Assembly: GCA_002269645.1 (NCBI GenBank)
Contig: NIVC01001402.1
Location: forward strand, 186,001 to 250,000
Reading direction: 5' to 3'
Origin: Macrostomum lignano
Lineage: Eukaryota
Length of the DNA stretch: 64,000 nucleotides
This document shows positions 37,201 to 48,944 of this stretch, in pieces. The position numbers were made by a program, and so were the translations under genes. The notes beneath the pieces were generated by a model. The model was not told the origin of the DNA and made no database searches. It saw nothing but the letters and a program-made list of their open reading frames with translations. The first letter of the stretch is position 1. Each line of letters begins with the position of its first letter.

Positions 37201-40200
37201 ATCTCACCCAAGCCATCTCCAATCTCCCCCAAGCCATCTTCAATCTCCCCCAAGTCATCTCCAATCTCCCCCAAGCCATCTCCAATCTTACCAAAGTCAT
37301 CTCCAATCTCATCCATTTGCAGCCGATCTGGAGCGCAAGCTGGAGGAGAATTTCCGCAACCTGACGGAGATCGAGGAGTTCCTGCTGGTGACAAACTCCA
37401 GGGACCTGACCTCCTTGTCCTTCTTGGCCAACCTGCGGGTTGTGCACGGCAAGCATGTTGTTGACGATGCCACCAGAGCGGCCAGGTAAGCAGACAGAGA
37501 CTAGCAGGTGAGGCGCAGTGTGCCAGGCCAAGGAAGAGCAGAGCAAGTACGAGCGTATTTTGAGCTGCCCAGCTAAAGCCGCCTTTCCACAGCAAGGCCA
37601 ATTAGCCGGCCGTCAAAGCAGCTCGTTCTTGTGTCCCTGCCGGCCCATTGCAGCTGCGGGCAATTTTTGGAATGCCCCGCGTTTTCTGCCCTCCCCATCT
37701 TCGCCGTTGTTCAGAACTGCAGAATCCGCTTCGCGCTAATCACGAGCAGACACGGCCTTGCTTCTTTTGATTAGCGAGATTGCTGCTCCAAGGCTCAGCT
37801 GAGCCCCTTGCCTGTCCAACCTTTTTCTTGTTCGCTTGCAGTCTCTCCTCTCCATCCCCATTGCTTCCCTTGCAGGCCCACCATCAAGATTGAGCACACA
37901 GACTTCCTGCAGAGCTTGTGGAACACAACCGGCGGCAGGCGGGTCAGCGTGCCCCGCGGCAAGGTGCAGTTCTACATGAACCGCCGCCTCTGCTACAACC
38001 GGATTCAAACCTTCGTTAATGAGACTCTGGACGTGGCCGAGAAGGTTGGCCTGGGCCTTCGCTGTAGCTAATCACCTGTTCTGAATGTTTCTTGCAAGGC
38101 TCGGGTGAACAAAGATCTGTTCCCAGTGATAGTTGAATGACCCGGGTGAACAAAGATCTGTTCCCAGTGATAGTTGAATGACCCGGGTGAACAAAGATCT
38201 GTTCCCAGTGATAGTTGAAATGGCCCGGGTGAACAAAGATCTGTTCCCAGTGATAGTTGAATGACCCGGGTGAACAAAGATCTGTTCCCAGTGATAGTTG
38301 AAATGGCCCGGGTGAACAAAGATCTGTTCCCAGTGATAGTTGAATGACCCGGGTGAACAAAGATCTGTTCCCAGTGATAGTTGAATGACCCGGGTGAACA
38401 AAGATCTGTTCCCAGTGATAGTTGAATGACCCGGGTGAACAAAGATCTGTTCCCAGTGATAGTTGATTGGCCCGGGTGAACAAAGACCTGTTCCCAAGGA
38501 TAGTTGATTGGCCCGGGTGAACAAAGATCTGTTCCCAGTGATAGTTGAATGGCCCGGGTGAACAAAGACCTGTTCCCAAGGATAGTTGATTGGCCCGGGT
38601 GAACAAAGATCTGTTCCCAGTGATATTTGAATGACCCGGGTGAACAAAGATCTGTTCCCAGTGATAGTTGAAATGGCCCGGGTGAACAAAGATCTGTTCC
38701 CAGTGATAGTTGATTGGCCCGGGTGAACAAAATGCAGCTTGTTCTGCCCTGCCCAGGTGAACAAAGATCTGTTCCCAGTGATAGTTGATTGGCCCAGGTG
38801 AACAAAGACCTGTTCCCAAGGATAGTTTATTGGCCCACGTGAACAAAATGCTTGTTCTGCCCTGCCCAGGTGAACGAGCTCGAGGACCTGTCCCCGAAGA
38901 CCAACGGAGACCTTGCCTACTGCATCAACCGCACCTTCGACATCGTGGTGGGGCTGGTCTCGGCCAGCGGGGTCATCCTGCATTGGCCGGACCTGGTGGT
39001 CAGCGACCAGCGCTACGTACTGGGCTACTCCATCTACTACCGCCTGGTCGGCCCGGACGAGACCGTTCAGTACGCGGACCCGTCCACCTGCGAGATCCGG
39101 CAGTGGCAGACGACCTTCTCGCCCTGCGACAACGTCTATTCGCTGAACAAGCCGGAGCCGGACCCCACCGGCAAGGGGCCGCCGCCCAAGCCGCTGCCCA
39201 ACTCCTGCCATCTGCAGAACTGCTCGCAGTGCATCGGGGACTGTCAGAACCGGCTGGGGAAGCGGCAGTGTCAGAAATATGTGCATGTGAGTGATGAATG
39301 GTTGGCTTTGAGTGAGTAACTTGAGTAATAATACTCCTTGAGTAATAACTTTAAGAACGAGTTATTTAGTGAGATAGTGAGGAAGAGTCAGTCAGCTAGG
39401 TAGTCAGTGACTTAGTCAGTTAATCAGTCAGTCAGTCAGTGAGTTAGTCAGTCAGTCAGTGAGTTAGTCAGTCAGTCAGTCAGTTAGTGAGTTAGTCATT
39501 TAGTCAGTCAGTCAGTCAGTGAGTTAGTCAGTTATTCAGTTAGTCAGTCTAATAGTCAGTCAGTCAGTCAGTCAGTGAGTTAGTCAGTTATTCAGTTAGT
39601 CAGTCAGTCAGTCAGTTAGTCAGTGAGTCAGTGAGTCAGTGAGTTAGTCAGAGTCAGTCGGATAGTCAGAGTTATTTTGCAGCGATATTCTTCCGACAGC
39701 TAATAAATTGGCTGAGCTGGGTCAGGGGCGGCAGCGGTCGCGCGCAGGCGACAGTTCGATGATTGAATTCGGGGTTTGAAACTCCAGCCCTGAGGTGTCG
39801 GTAGACATTGCGTGTGAGGAATTCCCGGATGGGTTTGATGAAGAGAATTTTCAGTTGCAGCAGGCGGGGATTTCAGAGGCTGCAAACGGAAGAGACGGGG
39901 TGGAACAGCACGGAACTGAATTAAAATGCAGAGGCAGTGGAAATTGAAATAAAACATGATTAAACAGAGGACAGGACGACTGACTAACAAGGAGTTAAAA
40001 AGTCATGCAAAAAGAAAATTGATTATTGCTATGCGATTGCACGGGTGCAGAAGTGGGATTACACCATTTTACCTCCTATTTTGAACAAAGTCGTGTTCAA
40101 AAGAAACAAGCAGAACTTCAATTCAAACACTTTAAGAAATACAATAACAGCCCTTGCGGAAGTTCAATTCAAACAAAGTCCCTTTCTATTGAAACAGAAG

Positions 40201-43200
40201 AACTTCAATTCAGACTGTCTGTGGCCAAAACTGTCCTTGAGTGACGCGCATGCGCGAACTTGAAATTCAAAAGAAACAAAGTCACATTCTATTTCGACAG
40301 AGATTTTCGGACATAGGTACAAGTACATTTTTAGTACATTAATCTAACTTTTTTGTTTTCCCTGTACTGCATAACTGTACAATCGTTGCACAACAAGAAA
40401 CGATATGAATGCTGGAAGATCAGATTGAAGAAGACGATGAATTGCTGGAAGAAGATGGAATCAGTGAATTTGAAGCAGAATTCGATGAAGATATCATGGA
40501 ACAGCAGCCTTGGCAGTGCGCTATTGTTTAAGCAACAGTGACAGAGACCGTATCATCAGGGCTGCTGATTGTTGGGGATGACTTGTGGAACTGGCGCGCC
40601 AACTTGGAGTCAAGAGGTCAACAGCGAACACGATCGTGAGGTCAGGGGGAGCAGAAAAGCAGCCTACAAGATTCCGGACACCATTCAGGTCAAGTGGCTT
40701 CCACCATACAGTCCATTTTTGATTCCTGTGGAGAACTCAATCTCCTGTTGGAAGGACACCCTGAAGAGAAAACTGGTAGCAGACCAGCAAAATTTCATCA
40801 CTCCGATAGCTGAGCAGCACGGGAATCAGTCAATGGCGTCCTATCGGCGAGACATTCTGTACAGCATGGTGGACAAAACCATTGGCTGCATCTCTGTGGA
40901 CAAATGCACTGAGTGGTTCAACCATGTGTTTACATACGTACCTCGCTGCGTTGGTGGACAGGCAATTGATGGTTAGATGTCTCAAGTTGGCCAGCTGACA
41001 CTGTCTTGTTCCTGTTTTTCATTCTACTCTTATGTTCGTCGATATGCTGTGTTTTATCCCTTTGTCGAAATAGAATGTGACTTTGTTTCTTTTGAATTTG
41101 AAATCTGCGCATGCGCGTCATTCGGGGACAATTTTGGCCACAGACAGTCTGAATTGAAGTTCTTCTGTTTCAATAGAAAGGGACTTTGTTTGAATTGAAC
41201 TTCCGCAAGGGCTGTTATTGTATTTCTTAAAGTGTTTGAATTGAAGTTCTGCTTGTTTCTTTTGAACACGACTTTGTTCAAAATAGGAGGTAAAATGGTG
41301 TAGTTAGTGCTATAGTAGTAGATAATACTTATCAAGATATGTTTGCCAAAGTAATGGAGCTTTTGTCTGTGGTAGCAAGGCTGGCACAGCAGCAAGTGGG
41401 CTGCAAAAAGCGATAATACACTGCACGGGTGCATGGGCAGCAGGCAGGCAGGCTGACAGGGAGACAGGCAGACAGACAGGCTGACAGGGAGACAGGCAGA
41501 CAGGCAGGCTGACAGGCAGACAGACAGACTGACAGGGAGACAGGCAGACAGACAGGCTGACAGGGAGACAGACAGACAGACAGGCTGACAGGGAGACAGG
41601 CAGACAGACAGGCTGACAGGGAGACAGGCAGGCAGACAGACAGGGAGACAGACAGACAGACAGGCTGACAGGGAGACAGACAGGCGGATCAGCAGCTGAT
41701 TTGTCCCCTCTCTCCCCAGGATCTCCGGCCGGCCAGCCGCTACGCTCTCTTCGTGATGCCGCAGATACTGCTGGAGCGGCAGCAGGAGTACGGCAGCAAG
41801 AGCCGCATCATCTACGTAGAGACGCTGCCGACCCAGCCGTCGCCGCCTCACCAGTTCGACGGCAAGGCGGCATCCAGCGACGAGATTCGGCTGGAGTGGC
41901 GGCCGCCGCTGGTGCCGAACGGGCGGGTGACTCACTACCTGCTGTGGGTGAAGGAGATCCAGTCCAAGCAGGCCAACTACGCGCTTAAGGACTACTGCGA
42001 GGAGAAGCGGCGCGGCCCGCTGGATTTGTTGGTCTCAGCTAAGCTGCCGCTGCTCAACAAGGGCGACTCGCAGTTGCTGGAGCCCGATGGCCGCAGTGGC
42101 AGCAGCGGCGGCGGTCGGAGCTTCCCGGCCAACTCCAGCCTGTCCTGCCGGCGCCACTGCCAGTGCGAGCAGCGGCCGGACCTGAAGCGGCGGGAGAAGA
42201 TCATCTACTTTGAAGACACCCTGCTGCGCATCATGTTTCGGAGGAGGTGAGGGCTTACTTTTCATGTGCCGTATTTCAGGTACTCGTAGCAGCAAGCAGC
42301 CATTTTTCTGCTCTCTTTGTGGCAATGAGGCTAATGTCTGTCTACGTTTTAGCCAGCTGTGTGAATGCTGACAGTAGAACTTCTAGCAGTGTGAGTGCTT
42401 ACAGAGAGCTTTTAGCTGTGAGTGCTTACAGAGTGCTGTTAGCTGTAGGAGTGCTTACAGAGTGCTGTTAGCTGTAGGAGTGCTTACAGAGAGCTGTTAG
42501 CTATGTGAGTGCTTACAGAGAGCTGTTAGCTGTAGGAGTGCTTACAGAGTGCTGTTAGCTGTGTGAGTGCTTTCAGAGAGCTGTTAGCTGTGAGTGCTTA
42601 CAGAGTGCTGTTAGCTGTGTGAATGCTGCTAGCTGTGTGAGTGCGTACAGAGTGCTGTTAGCTGTAGGAGTGCTTACAGAGTGCTGTTAGCTGTGTGAAT
42701 TCTGCTGGCTGTTTGAGTCCTGCTGTTAAAGTTAGTTTCGGGTTACAAAAGGCAAAATGCCGCCGACTGCCGAGCTCGCAGATTTAAGCCGGAGCTCTTT
42801 TTGTTTGAATAATTTTAGCTCACAAATTCAGCTTGAAAATGCACTCCGCTAGCAGAGATTAAGGCTCGGGCAGCTGTTTGAAGTGAAAGCATCTCAATTA
42901 TAAGCTTTGCAACTACTCCCATGGCTTTCCCTTGGGGGCTTCCTCTGACTTCCTGAGCCTGCAGTGCGCTGCCTGCCCGACCATCCACGGACAGCTCGAG
43001 CTCGCGCGGGCTGCGGGGACGGGCGGAGCGGGAAATAGGAGCCCACGGGGTTTTCAGTTAGACAGAGGGTAGTACTTGAGAAAGTAATTCCTATCGAATT
43101 CACGTGCGATAGGAACCCCCCCAATGCCCATATTCGGTATATTTTCTATATATCAATCAGTTAATGGAAACTTCACTGACGCCCTTCCTGACAATCCTGA

Positions 43201-46102
43201 CACCCCGACCATCCTGACACCCTGGCCATCCTGACACCCTGGCCATCCTGACACCCTGGCCATCCTGACACCCTGGCCATCCTGACACCCTGGCCATCCT
43301 GACACCCTGGCTATCCTGACACCCTGACCATCTTGACACCCTGGCCATGCTGACAACCTGGCTATCCTGACACCCTGGCCATCATGACACCCTGGCCATC
43401 CTGACACCCTGGCTATCCTGACACCCTGACCATCTTGACACCCTGGCCATCCTGACACCCTGACCATCCTGACACCCGGGCCATCCTGACACCCTGGCCA
43501 TCCTGACACCCTGGCCATCCTGACACCCTGGCTATCCTGACACCCTGACCATTCTGACACCCAGGCCATCCTGACCATCCTGACACCCTGGCCATCCTGA
43601 CACCCTGGCTATCCTGACACCCTGACCATCTTGACACCCTGGCCATGCTGACAACCTGGCTATCCTGACACCCTGGCCATCATGACACCCTGGCCATCCT
43701 GACACCCTGGCTATCCTGACACCCTGACCATCTTGACACCCTGGCCATCCTGACACCCTGACCATCCTGACACCCGGGCCATCCTGACACCCTGGCCATC
43801 CTGACACCCTGGCCATCCTGACACCCTGGCCATCCTGACACCCTGGCTATCCTGACACCCTGACCATTCTGACACCCAGGCCATCCTGACCATCCTGACA
43901 CCCTGGCCATCCTGACACCCTGACCATCCTGACACCCTGGCCATCCTGACACCCTGACCATCCTGACACCCTGGCCATCCTGACACCCTGGCTATCCTGA
44001 CACCCTGACCATTCTGACACCCAGGCCATCCTGACCATCCTGACACCCTGGCTATCCTGACACCCTGACCATCTTGACACCCTGGCCATCCTGACACCCT
44101 GACCATCCTGACACCCTGGCCATCCTGACACCCTGGCCATCCTGACACCCTGGCCATCCTGACACCCTGGCTATCCTGACACCCTGACCATTCTGACACC
44201 CAGGCCATCCTGACCATCCTGACACCCTGGGTATCCTGACACCCTGGCTATCCTGAACACGCTGATTATCCTGACGCTTGGGTCGTCCCAAAATTCTGAC
44301 TTCCTTTTTCACATCTGCGGATGTCATCTTACGCTATTTTTAAGCCTGGCTCTTCCTGCCTGACAGACTTTCGCACAGACTAATTAATGCAGCCAATGAA
44401 AAAACTCGAGCTTGCGGCTATCTCTGCTGCCCCTAATTGTGCAAGCCTGCTGGCTGTCTGGGTGCGGACGCACTGGTGCAAATGCACTTTTAGTCTTTCT
44501 GCCATTCCGCAGCCATGCATCCGAGAGAATTACCGTGTTTGCTTCCTGGCAACTCGTGTCTGCTTAACCATAGGAAAACTTTATTTGCATTCCAACAGCA
44601 TGAACCTTATCATGCTTTCACCTACAACGTTACCGCCGCTTCTACCCGATTGCCCTTCTAGCCACCCCCCTTCTATCCAAAGCATCCCCACCCAGAGCCG
44701 AGCTCCGCCCGCCCACCCGCAGGCCCGAGTCAGACTCCATGCGAATTCTGCATCGTAACGCGACTCGCCGCTTTCGATTCGGCCGCCGCAACGCCTCTTC
44801 GCTGCTATCGTTTCCCGTGGGCACGGAGTCCCGCCTGGCCTCGCCCTCGGCCCTGCTGGACCCCCTGCTGCCCGATCCTGCGGACGCCACGCCGGCTCCG
44901 GTAGCCACCGTTGCGCCCACCACAGCGCCGAAAACGAACTGCCCGGAGCTGAAGTGCCACGAAGACATTGTGGAGGCCATCGCGCCTCCGCAGGACACTC
45001 GCGGCCTGGCCGATGGCTACACGGTGGTGCGAGGCACCCAGTACACAGTGACCAACCTGCGGCATTTCACCTCCTATGAGCTGATGGTGCGTGCCTCCCG
45101 CATTGCGGAGTATTGGGCTGGTTCAGGGTGGCTGAGATATCAAGGTTGGTGAGATGACAGAACCGTGCTGTACTGGCATTTTTTCCTCCCCCCGCAGCTG
45201 GTAGCGTGCCTGGACGAGTTCCAGCACCCGCAGTACAGCACCACCCTGCACCTGTGCTCGAACCCGGCTCGCATCATGCGCCGCACCCTGGCGCTGCCTG
45301 ACGCCGACGAAATCCCTGCCAGATCGCTGTCCGCCGAGCCGGTGCCTGCACCGTCGGGCTATTCAACAGACTTCCAGCTGCTGTGGCGGCAGCCGGACTC
45401 GCCGAATGGCGCAGTGATCTACTACGATGTGGAGTACAAGACCGACAGCCACCGCAGCTGGCAGTACCACTGCGTCTCCTTTCAGGAGTGGCTGAACCGC
45501 GGGCACCGGCACCAGGTGCGGCAGCCAGCGCAGCGCCAGTCTTTGGCCGGGGCTGCCAACGGCAGCAGCAGTTCGGCGTCCATGCAGCAGCTGATCGGCG
45601 GCACCCTGCTGAAGTCGGTGCCGGAGGGCGACTACCAGGTGCGGGTGCGGGCCGTGTCGCTGTTCCAGCCTGGTCGGTGGAGCCTCCCGGTCCCCATGAG
45701 GGTCCGCCGGCGCCCCGGCCGCCTCACCGCAGACGCGATTGCCGGGGTTTTGCTGGTTGCCATGCTGTTGCTAGGCGCCTTGGTGGTTATCATCGCCTGG
45801 GTCACCTACCGCCGGATCAACCGGGAGAAGACGGTGGTCAACGAGAACCCGGACTACTGGAGCTACACCTACGAGCCTGACGAGTGGGAGGTGCCCCGCG
45901 ACCAGGTGACCTACAGCACCGCCGATCGCCTCGGCACCGGCTCCTTCGGCAGGGTCTACCGCGGCCTCGTGCGCTCGCTGAACACCCCGGCTGCGCGCTA
46001 CATCCGCCAGTCTGAGGACGTCCCTGTGGCGGTCAAGAGCGTCAACGACAAGGCCACCATGCGGGAGAGACACGAGTTTCTGCAGGTCAGAGTCTGGCTG
46101 TC

Positions 46103-46161
<59 letters not shown>

Positions 46162-47882
46162 GTCTGTCTTCCTGCTTAGCCAGTTGTCTGTCTATAACAC
46201 CAAGCCAAATTGAATCAACTCGCTTCGCAGGAGGCCACCCACATGAAGAAGTTCCGTCAGTGTGCCCACGTGGTCCGCTTGATCGGCGTGGTGTCGGAGA
46301 ACGTGCCGATTCTGGTGCTCATGGAGCTGATGGAGAACGGCGACCTCAAGACTTGTCTGCGCCAGATGCGCCCGGACACGGACGGGCCAGTCCTGCCCAT
46401 GTACAGCAGGGATCAGCTGGTGCTGTGGTGCGCGCAGATCGCTGACGGCATGTACTACCTGGAGACTAGAAAGTACATTCACCGGGACCTGGCAGCCAGG
46501 AACTGCATGGTCACGGCCGCCTTTACGGTCAAGATAGGCGGTAAGTCGCCTGCGGTAGCTGGGCCTTGGGCTAGAGTCTAAAATAATATCCGTGAGCCTC
46601 AGCCTGCAGAAAGTGCGGGATTTGAGATTTTGCTGCTGGAGCAACGGGTGAGCCGTGGGGCAGCAGCAGCCAGCTGAAGCATCAGGGGAGGGGCAGCAGC
46701 AGCCAGCTGAAGCATCAGGGGAGGGGCAGCAGCAGCCAGCTGAAGCATCAGGGGTGGGGCAGCAGCAGCCAGCTGAAGCATCAGGGGTGGGGCAACAGCA
46801 GCCAGCTGAAGCATCAGGGGTGGGGCAACAGCAGCCAGCTGAAGCATCAGGGGTGGGGCAGCAGCAGCCAGCTGAAGCATCAGGGGTGGGGCAGCAGCAG
46901 CCAGCTGAAGCATCAGGGCTGGGGCAGCAGCAGCCAGCTGAAGCATCAGGGGTGGGGCAACAGCAGCCAGCTGAAGCATCAGGGGTGGGGCAACAGCAGC
47001 CAGCTGAAGCATCAGGGGTGGGGCAACAGCAGCCAGCTGAAGCATCAGGGCTGGGGCAGCAGCAGCCAGCTGAAGCATCAGGGCTGGGGCAACAGCAGCC
47101 AGCTGAAGCATCAGGGGTGGGGCAGCAGCAGCCAGCTGAAGCATCAGGGCTGGGGCAGCAGCAGCCAGCTGAAGCATCAGGGGTGGGGCAACAGCAGCCA
47201 GCTGAAGCATCAGGGGTGGGGCAACAGCAGCCAGCTGAAGCATCAGGGCTGGAGCAACAGCAGGCTCCGCTGCAACATGTAGAGTTGCCACCCGCCCGCA
47301 GACTTCGGTATGACGCGGGACGTGTACTACTCGGACTACTACAAGAAGGAGGGTCAGGCGCCGCTGCCGGTCCGCTGGATGGCGCCGGAGTCGCTCCGGG
47401 ACGGCGTCTTCACCACCGCCTCAGATGTTTGGTCCTACGGCGTGGTGCTGTGGGAGATCGCCAGCCTGGCTTCCCAGCCGTTCAACGGGCGCAGCAACGA
47501 GGAGGTGCTGAACATGGTGAAGTCAGGCAAGACGCTGGAACCGCCAGAGGACTGCCCGGAGTTCCTGGCTGACCTCATGGCCCGCTGCTGGGCGCAGAAG
47601 CCGAAGCAGCGCTCATCATTTTCGGGCCTGCTGGCCTGCATCGATGAGCAGCCGGAGCTGCGGGCGGACTTCCGCCAGGCCAGCTGGTACCACAGCGGCC
47701 ACGCCGGCGACTCCGCCGTCACCGTCTGCCTGCCCGACCGCAGCTCCGCCGCTTCCTCGTGTAGCTCGGCCGCCACGCTGCCGGCCTGCACGACCTCCGC
47801 TGCTCTGAAGCAGGTGGAGGAGCAAATCCCCATGCTGCACCAGCAGTCGGTGCCCAACGCCTACGTGCACCTGCGGGCCTGA
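31208..47882 (+). CDS. INSR: Insulin/IGF-like peptide receptor tyrosine kinase, 11 exons
   Basis: Exons 31208-31280 (signal peptide), 31406-31901 (L1), 34861-35399 (furin-like Cys-rich), 37323-37485 and 37876-38044 (L2), 38870-39286, 41720-42246, 44696-45086 and 45198-46085 (FnIII, TM, NPDY, GTGSFG, VAVK), 46231-46540 (HRDLAARNC), 47302-47882 ([23 protein letters not shown]). All introns are GT-AG and phases are consistent. Confidence 0.95.
31889..33042. repeat. 24-bp minisatellite (TATGTGAACCAGTGAG(T/A)GCTCAGA), ~48 copies, spanning the INSR exon 2 donor
   Basis: ICEPVSAQ periodicity; the first unit overlaps the exon end TATGTGTACCA|GTGAGTGCTCAGA. Confidence 0.97.
34133..34825. repeat. 34-bp minisatellite (GCTCAGCCTGAGCATCCCAGGGAGAGG...), INSR intron 2
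   Basis: About 20 copies, each with a GCTCAG-C-CTGAGC palindrome; ends about 35 nt before the acceptor. Confidence 0.95.
35455..36265. repeat. 15-17-bp minisatellite (CCATCCATGAATC(T)CC), INSR intron 3
   Basis: Direct reading. Confidence 0.95.
36935..37315. repeat. 21-bp minisatellite (CCAAGCCATCTCCAATCTCAC) abutting the INSR exon 4 acceptor
   Basis: 7-aa periodic ORFs; the last unit runs into CATCCATTTGCAG. Confidence 0.9.
38100..38850. repeat. 41-42-bp minisatellite (GGGTGAACAAAGATCTGTTCCCAGTGATAGTTGAATGACCC), INSR intron 5
   Basis: Direct reading; includes a duplicated acceptor at 38733-38762. Confidence 0.95.
39380..39660. repeat. (TCAG)n-like microsatellite
   Basis: Direct reading. 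Confidence 0.9.
40062..41300 (+). mobile_element. Internally deleted Tc1/IS630-superfamily DNA transposon with 238-bp TIRs and TA target duplication
   Basis: Near-identical inverted repeats at 40062-40299 and 41063-41300, flanked by TA (40060-61 and 41301-02). Internal fragment 40569-40976 encodes [22 protein letters not shown] (the SPxLNPIE-type C-terminal DDE motif). No N-terminal DNA-binding region or first Asp residues are visible. Confidence 0.9.
41440..41685. repeat. (CAGA/GACA)n compound microsatellite upstream of the INSR exon 7 acceptor
   Basis: Direct reading. Confidence 0.9.
42380..42715. repeat. ~29-bp minisatellite (GAGTGCTTACAGAGTGCTGTTAGCTGT..), INSR intron 7
   Basis: Direct reading. 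Confidence 0.9.
43190..44265. repeat. 17-bp minisatellite (CCATCCTGACACCCTGG), INSR intron 7
   Basis: 17-aa (3 x 17 nt) periodicity in ORFs and direct reading. Confidence 0.95.
46088..46170. repeat. (TCTG)n microsatellite filling the short INSR intron 9
   Basis: Direct reading. Confidence 0.9.
46655..47260. repeat. 27-bp minisatellite (GGGGCAGCAGCAGCCAGCTGAAGCATC), INSR intron 10, which splits the DFG motif
   Basis: GQQQPAEAS periodicity; about 22 copies. Confidence 0.95.
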
Positions 47883-48944
47883 GCAGTGTTTAACTATTTA
47901 TTTTTGAGGTTGAGTTTCAAAGTTCGATTCGATGGTCAACAAGCGAAAATTTTATTCATTTTGTTTTTTTAGGCTTTTTGACGTGTTAATAAATTTAATC
48001 ATAGACTGGCTTAACCCACTTACTGATCCTACATACCTACTGACTGTAGTATAGATTTTTATACAAGCAGCTCTTTGAAAATATTTTCTGCATTCCATCT
48101 TTCCCAACACTGTCAGATGGCTTTGCTTGTGCTGCACAGCGATTTGATATTTGAACTTCTATGCTGAACTGCCTCGCGACTTGTCCTGTCCTTGTGCCGT
48201 ATGCAATGCATTGTTGTGCTATTTTTTATCTTGGATTCTGCATGCTCGTCTATTTTACTTGCAGTAGCTGAGAGTTTTTTATTTTTCTTTCCGAAGTCAA
48301 TCTTGTAGCAGAAAAATTTATTGAGAGCTAACAATTACCTGATTGATTTGCGAGTTTTTATTAATTCAGCTTTTCCCCAAGCCGTTTTGTCTCGCCTGCT
48401 TCTCCCTTCAACGATAAACTTTTTACCTCTATGCTTTTCGTGTGTTGTCTTTACTTGACTACTTAAAGTAGCAGCGACATGCTGCGAATCTCACTTTTAT
48501 CCGCATGCACCGGCCACTGCCGTTTTTACTGTCTGTTTGCAGAATATTTTTATCGTTTAACCCGGCCCCAGTGCTGAGCTCGGCTGGCAACACTTGGATG
48601 TTGTGGTGCACAATGACAGTCACAATAAATAATTGACAGCAATGTTAAATTCTTCTGGTCAGCTTCGGTTTTTTCTGATTTAGAAGAAAAATTGCCTACA
48701 ATTTGAACAGTGCGAGTTTATTTATCGGCAAATGCAAAAACTGCTTTTGAACACGCTTAAGCATAAATAAATTACTTATGGAAATTGGCGAATGAGTAAA
48801 TTCACACTAACATTATCGATCGGCTTCGTGACCGATGCTTGATTCAAGTGAAAAAATTGCAACCGTCAAATAACTGGAGGAACTATGTTCACACCAGCAT
48901 AAAAAAGTGAGGCAAACTTTACGCATCACGAAACCCTGTATGGG

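Noticed and set aside
46655-47572. 305-aa Gln-rich ORF as a kinase insert
   Set aside because: It is out of frame with the kinase; the GT-AG intron 46541-47301 restores KIG-DFG.
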